Part shown: positions 37,981 to 48,050 of the stretch, one piece after another
Position numbering within the stretch: position 1 is the stretch's first letter
Layout: the number at the start of each line of letters is the position of its first letter
Assembly: GCA_963695435.1 (NCBI GenBank)
Contig: OY968788.1
Coordinates: forward strand, 134,330-198,329
Direction of reading: 5' to 3'
From: an uncultured bacterium
Lineage (GTDB): Bacteria; Patescibacteriota; Kazan-3B-28
DNA length: 64,000 nucleotides
Translations under genes and position numbers: made by a program
The notes under the pieces: model-generated
Seen by the model: the letters and a program-made list of their open reading frames with translations, nothing else
Told to the model about the DNA's origin: nothing
Databases searched by the model: none

Positions 37981-39255
37981 ATGGGAAGGAGTTTTCAAAA
38001 GCCGAGGGGGACACAAGATATTCTGCCGAGCGAGCAGAAGTATTGGATGTTTGTGGAAGATACTTTTCGGGAGATGATGCTCGCGGCGGGTTTTGGGAAA
38101 ATTGCTACTCCAACATTTGAAGATACGGATTTGTTTACTCGCGGTGTTGGTGAAGTGACTGACATTGTGAGCAAAGAAATGTATACCTTTAAGGACAGAG
38201 GCGGTAATTCAGTTACTTTGCGTCCTGAAGGAACAGCGGGTGTGGCGCGGGCGTACATTGAGCACGGTATGCATAAAGAACCGCAGCCAGTGAAATTATT
38301 TTATTTTGGACAGATGTTTCGTTATGATCGCCCGCAGGCGGGAAGATTCAGAGAGTTCTATCAAGCGGGTGCGGAACTATTCGGCGAATTGGACCCAACA
38401 ACCGACGCGCAGATGATTGCGGTGATGATGAAGTTTTATGAAAAGTTGGGACTAAAAGATTTGAAAGTGCGGGTGAACAGTATTGGGGACACGCGAAGTC
38501 GGACAAAAATAAATAAAGCATTGATTGATTTTTTGTCCGCACACAGACGCAGGCTTTGTAATGACTGCAAAATCAGACTCTCGAAAAATCCGCTTCGGGT
38601 GCTGGATTGTAAGGAAAAGGGGTGTCAGGCAATTTTGGATGAGGCGGGGAGTGTCTTGTTGGATAGTCTAACGCCGGATTCGCGTAATTTCTTTACGAAA
38701 GTTTTAGAATATTTGGACGACATGGGTGTGAATTATGAATTGACTCCGCGACTTGTTAGGGGATTGGATTATTACACACACACAGTTTTTGAAGTTATAA
38801 GTAAGGATGACAATAATGCGTTGGGTGGCGGCGGACGGTATGACGGATTATTGAAAATGCTGGGCGGCCCGGATATTCCCGCGGTGGGATTTGCGGTGGG
38901 GATTGAACGCACAATTGAACTACTCAAAAAACAAGCGGTCAAAGTTCCTGAACCTGCAATGAGTGATATTTTTGTGGCACAGCTTGGTGATGAAGCAAAG
39001 AAGAAAGCGATAAAAGTAATTACGCAAGTGCAGGATGCGGGATTCCGAGTAGCGCACGCGTTGGGCAGAGAAAGCATCAAAGGACAATTGCGGGTGGCGG
39101 ACAGACTGGGAACCAAAATTGCTATTATTATTGGGGAGAGAGAAGTCCACGATGGGAGCGTAATAATTAGAGATTTGAAGGATGGGACACAAGAGTCGGT
39201 GCTAGACAGAAATCTGGTGAAAGCCATCCAGCGTAAGTTGAAGGAGAAAAAATGA
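37981..39255 (+). CDS. hisS: histidine--tRNA ligase
   Basis: LRPEGTA, FRYDRPQAGR, LVRGLDYY, GGGRYD. Confidence 0.98.
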   Translation: MGRSFQKPRGTQDILPSEQKYWMFVEDTFREMMLAAGFGKIATPTFEDTDLFTRGVGEVTDIVSKEMYTFKDRGGNSVTLRPEGTAGVARAYIEHGMHKEPQPVKLFYFGQMFRYDRPQAGRFREFYQAGAELFGELDPTTDAQMIAVMMKFYEKLGLKDLKVRVNSIGDTRSRTKINKALIDFLSAHRRRLCNDCKIRLSKNPLRVLDCKEKGCQAILDEAGSVLLDSLTPDSRNFFTKVLEYLDDMGVNYELTPRLVRGLDYYTHTVFEVISKDDNNALGGGGRYDGLLKMLGGPDIPAVGFAVGIERTIELLKKQAVKVPEPAMSDIFVAQLGDEAKKKAIKVITQVQDAGFRVAHALGRESIKGQLRVADRLGTKIAIIIGEREVHDGSVIIRDLKDGTQESVLDRNLVKAIQRKLKEKK

Positions 39256-39575
39256 ACGATGACAAGTGGGGAGAATTATTAGACCGAATTAAAGACCAGT
39301 TCGGTATTTTGGAAGAAGGTGATGAGCCTATTCCCGACATGCCAAGCGGGCGAAGAGAGTTTGTTGTTTTTGAAGGACCGATGGGGAAAATGATGTTGGA
39401 ACGGACGACAAAACCAAGAGTGATGGGCGAAAAAAGTTTTGGCGGAAGTAAATATGGGACAGGAAGTGGAGTAGAAAAGATTTATTCGCCAGACGAAACA
39501 GTAAAGATAATGAAAGCGTATAAATTTGTTGGGGAAGATTGGGAAGAAGTAAGAGCGGATAATTTTACGATGTAG
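39252..39575 (+). CDS. hypothetical protein
   Basis: Translationally coupled within the operon. Confidence 0.75.
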   Translation: MNDDKWGELLDRIKDQFGILEEGDEPIPDMPSGRREFVVFEGPMGKMMLERTTKPRVMGEKSFGGSKYGTGSGVEKIYSPDETVKIMKAYKFVGEDWEEVRADNFTM

Positions 39576-39580
39576 AAAAT

Positions 39581-39946
39581 ATGGAAGATTGTATTTTTGC
39601 GAAATTTGCACGGGGGGAAATAAAACCGGACAAGATTCGGTATGAGGATGATGAGATTTTAGCTTTTGATGATATTCATCCCAAAGCGCCGACTCATATT
39701 TTGATATTGCCGAAAAAGCCGATTCAAGGGGTCGCTCAGATGGAGGCGGGGGATGAGGTGCTTGTTGGCAAGATGGTTTATCGGGCAAAACTGCTGGCGG
39801 AGGAAATGGGAATAGCCGAAAACGGTTATCGACTGACTATCAATGTCGGGAAGTGGGGAGGGCAGGAAGTTCCCTATCTCCATATTCATCTGTTGGGCGG
39901 AGCGCCCCTGAATCCAGATATAGAGCATTTAAGCTCCGCGAGCTAA
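39581..39946 (+). CDS. HIT family nucleotide-binding protein
   Basis: DIHPKAPTHILI, GGQEVPYLHIHLLGG. Confidence 0.92.
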   Translation: MEDCIFAKFARGEIKPDKIRYEDDEILAFDDIHPKAPTHILILPKKPIQGVAQMEAGDEVLVGKMVYRAKLLAEEMGIAENGYRLTINVGKWGGQEVPYLHIHLLGGAPLNPDIEHLSSAS

Positions 39947-39987
39947 AAACTCTTGCCATATCTGATGTAAGGAGGTATTATTTTGGC

Positions 39988-40191
39988 ATGTCAACTTTCG
40001 TAAAAAAGAAGGAACGGGAGAGCTTCGACGCTATGCTGCGGCGGTTCAATCGGATGGTAATGTCCAGTAAGGTGCTGGCGGAATACAAAGAACGCCGGTT
40101 TTTTGCTAAACCAACCTCTAAGAGAGAGCTGAAATCAACGGCTTTGCGGAGAGAGAAAATCCGCGTACAAAAGCAGAAGGAACTGTATTAG
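39988..40191 (+). CDS. rpsU: 30S ribosomal protein S21
   Basis: ESFDAMLRRF..EYKERRFFAKP; SD AAGGAGGT. Confidence 0.9.
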   Translation: MSTFVKKKERESFDAMLRRFNRMVMSSKVLAEYKERRFFAKPTSKRELKSTALRREKIRVQKQKELY

Positions 40192-40192
40192 C

Positions 40193-40297
40193 TCTTGAGG
40201 AAAGAACGAGGGCGTGTTCTTCCCTCAACGGTCAGTCGGCTAAGCCGAGTTTCGCAAGCGAAACCAAGCTGACCTGCTCTCATCTCCACCCTAAAGA
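40193..40297 (+). repeat. post-stop structured element, copy C (diverged, covarying)
   Basis: Same three hairpins and 3' ctgctc..ctccacc..taaaga tail as copies A and B. Confidence 0.8.
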
Positions 40298-40343
40298 GAT
40301 AGATGACGAGTTTACAGCTTCCCCTCCTTTTTAGAAAATAACA

Positions 40344-40790
40344 ATGGGATTGAAGGAACAAATTACGGGAGAGATGAAGGAAGCGATGAAGGCGGGAGAC
40401 GCCTTGAGGCTTTCAACTTTGCGTATGTTAATTGCGGCGTTCAATAATATGGAAATTGAGAAACGGGCGCAGGGAGTTGAACATCCAGAAGAAAAAGATT
40501 ATCAGGCAGTAATAAAGAAAGAAGTGAAGAAGCGCCAAGAAGCAATTGAGGCGTACAAAATGGCGGGACGAATTGAATCGCAAGAACAAGAAGAAAAAGA
40601 ATTGAAAATGCTGTCAGTTTATTTGCCTGAAGAAATGAGTGAAACGGAAGTAAAAGTGGTAGTGGATGCGGTAATTTCCGAAATGGGAGTTGGTAATATG
40701 GGAGCAATTATCGGAGAAGTGAAGAAAAGAACCGATGGTCGCGCAGATGGCGGGATGATAGCCAAACTGGTGAAAGAAAAATTAGGGTAG
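40344..40790 (+). CDS. GatB/YqeY domain protein
   Basis: MKEAMKAGD..LSTLR..KKRQEAIEAY..YLP..ADGG. Confidence 0.93.
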   Translation: MGLKEQITGEMKEAMKAGDALRLSTLRMLIAAFNNMEIEKRAQGVEHPEEKDYQAVIKKEVKKRQEAIEAYKMAGRIESQEQEEKELKMLSVYLPEEMSETEVKVVVDAVISEMGVGNMGAIIGEVKKRTDGRADGGMIAKLVKEKLG

Positions 40791-40792
40791 CA

Positions 40793-41251
40793 ATGGCAAG
40801 AGTTTATGTTGGCTACGAGACTTATGGATTGGAAAGCATTGATGATGAGCTTGTCCAGTTTATTTTTGATGTAGTAATTAGTTTGACCAAGCTTGATTCT
40901 GAAAGTGAAGCAGGATTGATATTGGCGACAGACAAACGGATGTGGGAACTGAATAAAAAATATCGGGACAAGGACACTCTCGCTAATATTTTGACATTTA
41001 CATATGCGGAATCTACTCCGAAAGAAATGAGGAGCACGGAGGATAAAAATTATTTGGGAGATATTTTCATTTCTCGGGCGGAGCTGATTCGTGAAGCAAA
41101 GGCACAAAAAATATCCAACAAAGAGAGATTTGTCCATTTGTTCGCTCATGGACTGCTTCATTTGGCTGGAATCCACCACCCCAACGAGCGTGCTGCGGTG
41201 AAGATGGAAAAACTCGAAGATAAGGTGATAGAGCTGGTTTTATCAGCTTGA
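40793..41251 (+). CDS. ybeY: rRNA maturation RNase YbeY
   Basis: LNKKYRDKD, LGDIFIS, HGLLHLAGIHH. Confidence 0.93.
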   Translation: MARVYVGYETYGLESIDDELVQFIFDVVISLTKLDSESEAGLILATDKRMWELNKKYRDKDTLANILTFTYAESTPKEMRSTEDKNYLGDIFISRAELIREAKAQKISNKERFVHLFAHGLLHLAGIHHPNERAAVKMEKLEDKVIELVLSA

Positions 41252-41302
41252 ACCGTTGCCAAGCCCGTTCCATAGGATAGAATAGGGACAGGTTTCAGCA
41301 TG

Positions 41303-41450
41303 CCCCGTAGAGAAATTTAGAACGTCTTGGGCGTAGATTATATTCTCTGATGGGGAAATACAACCACAACTGGTTTGTAATGCTATAGTTGAAGGTTCAT
41401 ACATGTCCAAGCCGAGTGAGAGAATATAATTTCTAAATTCTTCTACGGGG
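41303..41450. mobile_element. 148-bp MITE-like element at the ftsA start codon
   Basis: Same 20-bp TIRs as 19815-19960; its last G forms the GTG start. Confidence 0.75.
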
Positions 41451-42670
41451 TGAAAGAGAAAATTGCTGTTGGTATAGACATCGGCGATTCTAAAGTGGTG
41501 ACAGTAATTGGTCACCGTGCCGAAGGTGAAATACACCCCAGTGTTGTGGGAGTGAGTATTCATGAAGGTTCAGGAATGCGGCGTGGTGTGGTGACGGACG
41601 TAGAAGAAGCAGTATCAGCAATTGCAAGTTCGATTGAAGAAGCGGAACGAATGGCGGGATTGCCTGCAGAAGCGGTTTACATCTCACTTGTGGGTGACCA
41701 CATCAATGCAACTAATAATAAAGGATTGGTGACGATTGCGCGGGGTAGAGAAGAAATTACTTACGAAGATGTTGTGCGGGTAAGAGAAGTGGCGCAGTCA
41801 GTGCCAATGTCGGTCAATCGGGAAATTTTGCATGTTATTTCCAAAACCTACACGGTGGACGGGCAGGACGGTATCAAGGACCCGGTGGGGATGTCGGGGG
41901 TGAGGTTGGAGGTGGATGCTCATGTGATTACTGGTTCAACTCCTTTTATCAAGAATATTAGGAAGACGGCAGAGCAGGCGGGGGTGGCAGTTGCTGGTTT
42001 TGTTTTAGGTCCATTGGCCGCCGCTAAGGCGGTACTTTCAAAAAAGCAGAAAGAACTGGGAGTGGCGCTGATCGATATTGGCGCAAGTACAACCGGGATG
42101 GTGGTTTTTGAAGAGGGTGGGATTTATCATTCGGCAGTGCTTCCCATTGGTTCCGATCATTTGACTCATGATATTGCGATTGGTTTGAGAGTTTCGTTAG
42201 ACACGGCGGAGAAAATAAAATTGGAATACGGTGTGGCTAGCCCGGTTATGTTATCGGACAAAGACACAATTGATTTATCTAAAATTGATAAAGATGAAGA
42301 ACAGATAATTTCGCGCAGATATGTTGCCGATATTATTGAAGCAAGATTGGCGGAATTATTTTTGATGATAAAGTCGGAGTTACGGAAAGTCGGTCGCGAC
42401 GGCGTATTACCAGCCGGAGCGGTGTTGGTGGGCGGAGGAGCGAAGTTGGCCGGGATTGTTGAATCAGCCAAAAGTCACCTCGGTCTTCCCACACAACTGG
42501 GTTTTCCAGTCGAATTGAAGGGGATGGTTGACAAACTAGATGACCCCCGGTTCGCGACCGCCATCGGATGCATGCTGTGGGGTATGGATGAGGACAGTAG
42601 CCAGAGCAATTTCCCAACTTTGGATTTTGCGGCGATCGTCTCTCGGATAAAAAACATCTTCACCAAATAA
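41450..42670 (+). CDS. ftsA: cell division protein FtsA
   Basis: GIDIGDSKV, PVGMSGVRLE, IDIGASTT, LVGGGAKL. Confidence 0.97.
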   Translation: MKEKIAVGIDIGDSKVVTVIGHRAEGEIHPSVVGVSIHEGSGMRRGVVTDVEEAVSAIASSIEEAERMAGLPAEAVYISLVGDHINATNNKGLVTIARGREEITYEDVVRVREVAQSVPMSVNREILHVISKTYTVDGQDGIKDPVGMSGVRLEVDAHVITGSTPFIKNIRKTAEQAGVAVAGFVLGPLAAAKAVLSKKQKELGVALIDIGASTTGMVVFEEGGIYHSAVLPIGSDHLTHDIAIGLRVSLDTAEKIKLEYGVASPVMLSDKDTIDLSKIDKDEEQIISRRYVADIIEARLAELFLMIKSELRKVGRDGVLPAGAVLVGGGAKLAGIVESAKSHLGLPTQLGFPVELKGMVDKLDDPRFATAIGCMLWGMDEDSSQSNFPTLDFAAIVSRIKNIFTK

Positions 42671-42815
42671 ATCCGCGCTAGTCGCGGGTTAGGGGGCAGG
42701 GAGGAAGAGGCGTAGTTTGACATTGTCAAACTACGGTTTGTACAATGCTTGGTTGTAAACTTTTGTTTACCACAGATATATTAGTTTTTGTTAAGGGAGG
42801 TCGAAAGATAGGATA

Positions 42816-43919
42816 ATGGCAACCAAAAAACGGACCATGAGTGCGAACATTGCGTCGGACACCTTTGAAGAGGCGGATGTTTTTGCACGAATTAAGGTTG
42901 TCGGTGTGGGCGGCTCCGGCTGCCACGCGGTGAATCGAATGATTCAATCCAGAATCAAGGGGGTAGAATTCGTCGCGGTAAACACAGACGCGCAGGATCT
43001 GCATCACAATGATGCGCCTGTTAGGGTTCAGATTGGCCAAACCACTACCCGTGGTCTTGGCGCCGGCTCGGACCCTGAGCTGGGACGGAAGTCAGCGGAA
43101 GAGGACAAGGAAGCTATCTACACAGCGCTGAAAGATGCCGACATGGTTTTTGTGACCTGCGGCATGGGTGGCGGCACCGGTACAGGTGCTGCGCCGATCG
43201 TGGCAGAAATCGCCAAAGAGTTGGGTGCGCTGACGGTGGCGGTAGTGACGAAGCCGTTCTCGTTCGAGGGTATGCGGCGTAAGCGGGTAGGTGACGAAGG
43301 TATTCAGGAGCTGCAAAGCAGAGTGGATACTCTAATCACTATTCCAAACGACCGACTGCTCCAAGTTATCGATAAGAAAACATCACTATACGATGCTTTC
43401 TCTGTGGTGGATGACATTCTCCGCCAAGGTGTGCAGGGTATTTCAGATTTGATTACCATGCACGGGATGATCAACGTCGACTTTGCTGATGTGAAGACGA
43501 TTATGCAGAATGCCGGAAGCGCTTTGATGGGAATCGGGCGTGGTACTGGCGATAATCGTGCACTCGAGGCTGCAAAGATGGCGATTGATTCACCTTTGCT
43601 GGAATTGTCCATTGATGGCGCGAAGGGAATTCTGTTCAACATTACCGGTGGCCCGGATATGTCGATGTATGAAATCGACGAGGCTGCTCGGGTGATTACC
43701 GAAGCGTCTGACCCGGATGCTAACATCATCTTTGGTGCGGTAGTAGACGAAGCGATGCAGGGTGAAATTAAAATTACCGTTATCGCAACGGGGTTTGATG
43801 AAGCCTACACCCAAAGACGGAAGATGGAGGTGAAACCGGCGGTGAAGATGGAACATTCTAGAGAAGACGACAGGGATGAGTTAGATGTCCCCGCCTTCAT
43901 TCGTAAAAAAATTAAATAA
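42816..43919 (+). CDS. ftsZ: cell division protein FtsZ
   Basis: [23 protein letters not shown]. Confidence 0.99.
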   Translation: MATKKRTMSANIASDTFEEADVFARIKVVGVGGSGCHAVNRMIQSRIKGVEFVAVNTDAQDLHHNDAPVRVQIGQTTTRGLGAGSDPELGRKSAEEDKEAIYTALKDADMVFVTCGMGGGTGTGAAPIVAEIAKELGALTVAVVTKPFSFEGMRRKRVGDEGIQELQSRVDTLITIPNDRLLQVIDKKTSLYDAFSVVDDILRQGVQGISDLITMHGMINVDFADVKTIMQNAGSALMGIGRGTGDNRALEAAKMAIDSPLLELSIDGAKGILFNITGGPDMSMYEIDEAARVITEASDPDANIIFGAVVDEAMQGEIKITVIATGFDEAYTQRRKMEVKPAVKMEHSREDDRDELDVPAFIRKKIK

Positions 43920-43973
43920 ATATTATAGTGCGATTACATCGCGAGAGACGACCGCTAATTGGCGGTCGTTTTC

Positions 43974-44186
43974 TTTTTATTTAATTGTTTTGAAGCGCCG
44001 AATCGCGCTTCAGCGATTGTTACTTTCCGCTTGAGGAAAGTAACCAAAGTCGCTCCCCACTCACAAATTGCTATCCAAAATAGAAAATCAGACCTTTCTG
44101 GACTATACGCTATACTCGCTACGCTCAAACAACGCTATCCATACCGGCTGATTTTCTAATTGGATAACGCAATTTGCTCGATGGGG
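43974..44186. repeat. GTTACTTT/AAAGTAAC structured element, copy 4
   Basis: First 82 bp identical to copy 1; directly behind the ftsZ terminator at 43948-43972. Confidence 0.8.
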
Positions 44187-44250
44187 TTGGGACAAAGGAG
44201 AAAGCCCGGCGCGGAGACGCAGGGCTTTGAGGAATGCAGGTTTGGGCATG

Positions 44251-44448
44251 TTAGCCGGCACCCCAGTGCCAGTGTGGTGATACTGGTGGATTTCCTGTTA
44301 CTACGTCTAGCTGGTAGAGGCCTAGACATATTAGGATGACTGTAGCAAAGAGCCCGATGTTATAAGCCCAATTGACCCACTTTGCCTTGCCGAGTAGGGG
44401 CATCAGCAATAAGAGACCTGCTGACATGGTCAGCGCAACAATGTTCAT
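44251..44448 (-). CDS. small 2-TM membrane protein
   Basis: SD GGAG, hydrophobic 65 aa. Confidence 0.5.
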   Translation of the reverse strand: MNIVALTMSAGLLLLMPLLGKAKWVNWAYNIGLFATVILICLGLYQLDVVTGNPPVSPHWHWGAG

Positions 44449-44537
44449 GATTGACTCCGATGGTACAAATTCATCAGCAGTGTAAGGGAGGGTGGGGATA
44501 AAAGCAAGGGATAGGTGGTGTGAGAGCTGATTTAGGG

Positions 44538-44588
44538 TAGTACAAGATATAGGGGTATTATTAGTCTTACATACACAACATACGGTAG
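44538..44588. promoter_or_regulatory. putative tandem NrdR boxes
   Basis: tacaagatatagggg and cacaacatacggtag, about 33 bp apart, upstream of nrdR-nrdJ. Confidence 0.5.
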
Positions 44589-44687
44589 AGAGTAGAGTTT
44601 AGAGAGTAGAGTCTGGCTGGTAACTCTTGGAACTTGTTTGTAAATTTTTCTCTATTCTCTCGTCTCTGTTCTCTAATCTCTAATTTT

Positions 44688-45167
44688 ATGAAGTGCCCGC
44701 AGTGTGGTGACTTAAATAGCGCGGTAGTGGATTCCCGCGAGGCAGAAGACAGCGCTACTGTTCGGCGTCGGCGAGAGTGTGTGAAGTGTCAGTTTCGATT
44801 TACAACTTATGAAAGAGCGGAGCAGTCGCGATTGATGGTGGTAAAGCGAGACGGCACACGGGAATTGTTTGAACGGGAAAAAATGGCGGCGGGGATTTAT
44901 AAAGCATTTCATAAACGGCCATTGTCCGCGGCGGACATTGAAAAAGTAATTGATGATATTGAGCGGGAGATTTACGAATTGAATCGGGAGGAAGTCCCAT
45001 CTTCGGATGTTGGAGAAATGGTTATCAAAAAATTGGAACAAGTGGACGGTGTGGCATACATTCGCTTTGCCGCGGTGTATCGAAAATTTACGGACTTAGA
45101 AACTTTTGATAAAGAAATTAAAAAAATGATTGAAAAGCAAAATAAAAAAACTATATCAAATAATTAA
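44688..45167 (+). CDS. nrdR: transcriptional repressor NrdR
   Basis: MKCPQC..VVDSR..RRRRECVKC..RFTTYE, ATP cone, VAYIRFA. Confidence 0.97.
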   Translation: MKCPQCGDLNSAVVDSREAEDSATVRRRRECVKCQFRFTTYERAEQSRLMVVKRDGTRELFEREKMAAGIYKAFHKRPLSAADIEKVIDDIEREIYELNREEVPSSDVGEMVIKKLEQVDGVAYIRFAAVYRKFTDLETFDKEIKKMIEKQNKKTISNN

Positions 45168-45181
45168 AAACGATTTTCAGA

Positions 45182-48016
45182 ATGGAAGACACTACGACTG
45201 AACGGGGGCTTGTGGGCAGACACTTTACCAAAGAAGGCGAAGATGTTTTCGGTATGACCGAATGGGGGACGCGACAGGTTAGCTTGAAGGATACAGATGG
45301 CACAATGCTTCTCGATCGGGAAGTAGAATCACCGACCAATTGGTCTGAAACGGCGGTGACGATTGCAGCGTACAAATATTTGCGGAAGCGGGGAGTGGGT
45401 TCGCCGGAAGGAATGGAAATCTCCATCAAACAGCTGGTGCATCGGGTAGCGCACACGATTCGGATTGGCGGTGAGCAATTAGGACATTTGATTGAAAAAT
45501 CCGAAGCGGATGCTTTTGAGGAAGAATTAAAATTTATTTTGATGACGCAACGGGCGGCATTCAATTCTCCGGTTTGGTTCAATGTTGGTCTGTTCCACGA
45601 GTATGGTATTACTGGCAATTCGCAGAATTGGCATTGGGATCAAAAGAAAAATGAAGCCGAATCAGCGGTGAACGGATACGAACATCCACAGGCATCGGCA
45701 TGTTTTATCCAGTCGGTGAGAGATGACATGGTAGATATTTTTGATTTATTGAAAAAAGAATCGCAATTGTTCAAGTATGGTAGCGGCTCGGGAACTAATT
45801 TTTCTACATTGCGTTCCAAGTACGAAAGGTTGTCGGGCGGTGGAACTTCGTCAGGAGTGTTATCTTTCCTAAAAGTTTTTGATGCTGGTGCTGGCGCGAC
45901 TAAATCGGGTGGCACTACTCGCCGGGCGGCAAAGATGGTCATTCTGAATGTGGATCACCCGGAAGTCATGGAATTTATTCGCTGGAAGGCTCGGGAGGAA
46001 GATAAGGCCAAGATGCTAATCGAGCATGGCGGGCTCCCATCAGATTTCAACGGAGAGGCTTACCAGACTGTGGGTGGGCAGAATTCAAATAATTCGATAC
46101 GGGTGACGGATGAATTTATGCAAGCTTATCTAGACGGAACCAATTGGGACTTGCGTGCGGTGACAACGGGAGAAATTACTAAAACTTTGCCAGCGCGGCA
46201 GATTATGCGGGAAATTGCTCAAGCGGCGTGGCGATGCGCTGATCCGGGGATGCAATACGATACCACGATCAACAAATGGAACACATGCAAGGTCAGTGGT
46301 CGGATAAATGCCAGTAACCCATGCAGCGAATATATGTTTCTAGACGATTCGGCATGCAATTTGGCATCAATCAACCTGGTGAAATATTTGAAGGATGACG
46401 GAACATTTGATGTTGAGGGATACCGTCATACGGTGGACATTATGGTTACCGCTCAAGAAATTCTGGTTGATTTTTCATCGTATCCGGGGGAAACGATTGC
46501 TGAAAATTCTCATGAGTTTAGACCATTGGGATTGGGGTATGCCAACCTGGGTGCGTATTTGATGCGAGTGGGAATGCCGTACGATTCCGACAAGGGGAGA
46601 GCTTTGGCTTCGGCAATGACAGGGATAATGACGGGCAGAGCGTACGGTCAATCGGCAAGGATTGCCAAGAGACTGGGTGCATTCAATTCATTTGCTCCGA
46701 ATCGTGAATCAATGTTGGGCGTAATCAGGATGCACCAGACGGCGGCTTACGCAGTTGATGCAGGCAGTCTTGTACCGGAGCTTTTTGCGGCGGTCAAACA
46801 AGATTGGGACGAGGCGTACGCGCTAGGCGAACAGGCGGGTTATCGTAACGCGCAGGTGTCGGTGTTGGCGCCAACTGGGACGATCGGTCCCTTGATGGAT
46901 GCGGACACAACTGGCATTGAGCCGGAGTTTGCGTTGGTGAAGTATAAGAAATTGGCCGGTGGTGGCGGATACTCGATCGTGAATCATTCCGTCAGCGCGG
47001 CGCTGGAACATTTGGGTTACAACCAGACGGAAACAAAAGAGATCAATGATTACATTTTGGAAAACGGAACAGCCGAGGGCGCGCCGCATTTAAGAGAAGA
47101 ACACTTGCCGATATTTGATTGTGCCAGCCGAGTTGGAAACGGAGTTCGGTTTATTCGGCCGATGGCGCATGTTGAAATGATGTCGGCGGTTCAGCCATTT
47201 ATCAGCGGAGCAATTAGCAAAACAGTAAATATGCCGGAAGAAACAACGGTAGAAGAAATCGAACAAATTTATGTTGAAGCATGGAAGGCGGGGATAAAAG
47301 CGCTGGCGTTGTATCGTGATAATTGCAAAGCATCACAACCGTTGACGGTGAAGAAAAAAGATGAAGAAAAAGATTCCAAAGAAACGGAATTATTGAAACC
47401 GCAGGAAGCTGATATGCCCAAAACTCGTCGGGGGCTGACGCATAGTTTTGTGGTGGGCAATCACAAAGTTTATATCACCGCCAATCATTACGCTGACGGT
47501 CGGTTGGGAGAGATTTTCCTAAGAACTGCCCGCGAAGGTTCGGCATTCTCTGGGTTGATGGATACATTAGCGCGATTGCTGTCCAAAGCATTGCAGAGAG
47601 GTGAATCGGTGGAGTCGTTGGTGGATTCGCTTTTGAACATGCGGTTTGAGCCATGGGGACCAACTGATGACATGGATGTTCCTTTTGCCAAATCAATCCC
47701 AGACTATATCGCGCGGTGGGTGGGACATCATTATTTGCCAGTCGAGAGACAAGTAATGATGGGGATTATCGGTGAGGATGTAGCAAAGTCCTTGGAACAA
47801 TCCGATATCACTAATGTTAATGTGGCTGCGGTTGCTTCGGAGCAGGAAATGCCGGAGCCAATCCCGATGCAAACTTCGCTGGATATGATCCCAGATAAAA
47901 ATGGTGATGTGCGGGAAAGTAGCGCGCCACCCTGTCCGACTTGCGGGGCACTGATGGTAAGAAATGGCACTTGTTATTCGTGTCGGGAGTGCGGAACAAC
48001 AACAGGTTGCAGTTAG
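45182..48016 (+). CDS. nrdJ: vitamin B12-dependent (class II) ribonucleotide reductase
   Basis: FNSPVWFN, SACFI, NPCSE, APTGTI, TSCPD-like domain and terminal CPTC..CREC. Confidence 0.95.
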   Translation: MEDTTTERGLVGRHFTKEGEDVFGMTEWGTRQVSLKDTDGTMLLDREVESPTNWSETAVTIAAYKYLRKRGVGSPEGMEISIKQLVHRVAHTIRIGGEQLGHLIEKSEADAFEEELKFILMTQRAAFNSPVWFNVGLFHEYGITGNSQNWHWDQKKNEAESAVNGYEHPQASACFIQSVRDDMVDIFDLLKKESQLFKYGSGSGTNFSTLRSKYERLSGGGTSSGVLSFLKVFDAGAGATKSGGTTRRAAKMVILNVDHPEVMEFIRWKAREEDKAKMLIEHGGLPSDFNGEAYQTVGGQNSNNSIRVTDEFMQAYLDGTNWDLRAVTTGEITKTLPARQIMREIAQAAWRCADPGMQYDTTINKWNTCKVSGRINASNPCSEYMFLDDSACNLASINLVKYLKDDGTFDVEGYRHTVDIMVTAQEILVDFSSYPGETIAENSHEFRPLGLGYANLGAYLMRVGMPYDSDKGRALASAMTGIMTGRAYGQSARIAKRLGAFNSFAPNRESMLGVIRMHQTAAYAVDAGSLVPELFAAVKQDWDEAYALGEQAGYRNAQVSVLAPTGTIGPLMDADTTGIEPEFALVKYKKLAGGGGYSIVNHSVSAALEHLGYNQTETKEINDYILENGTAEGAPHLREEHLPIFDCASRVGNGVRFIRPMAHVEMMSAVQPFISGAISKTVNMPEETTVEEIEQIYVEAWKAGIKALALYRDNCKASQPLTVKKKDEEKDSKETELLKPQEADMPKTRRGLTHSFVVGNHKVYITANHYADGRLGEIFLRTAREGSAFSGLMDTLARLLSKALQRGESVESLVDSLLNMRFEPWGPTDDMDVPFAKSIPDYIARWVGHHYLPVERQVMMGIIGEDVAKSLEQSDITNVNVAAVASEQEMPEPIPMQTSLDMIPDKNGDVRESSAPPCPTCGALMVRNGTCYSCRECGTTTGCS

Positions 48017-48050
48017 AGAAGAATGATGAATTACGAATTATGAATTAAGG

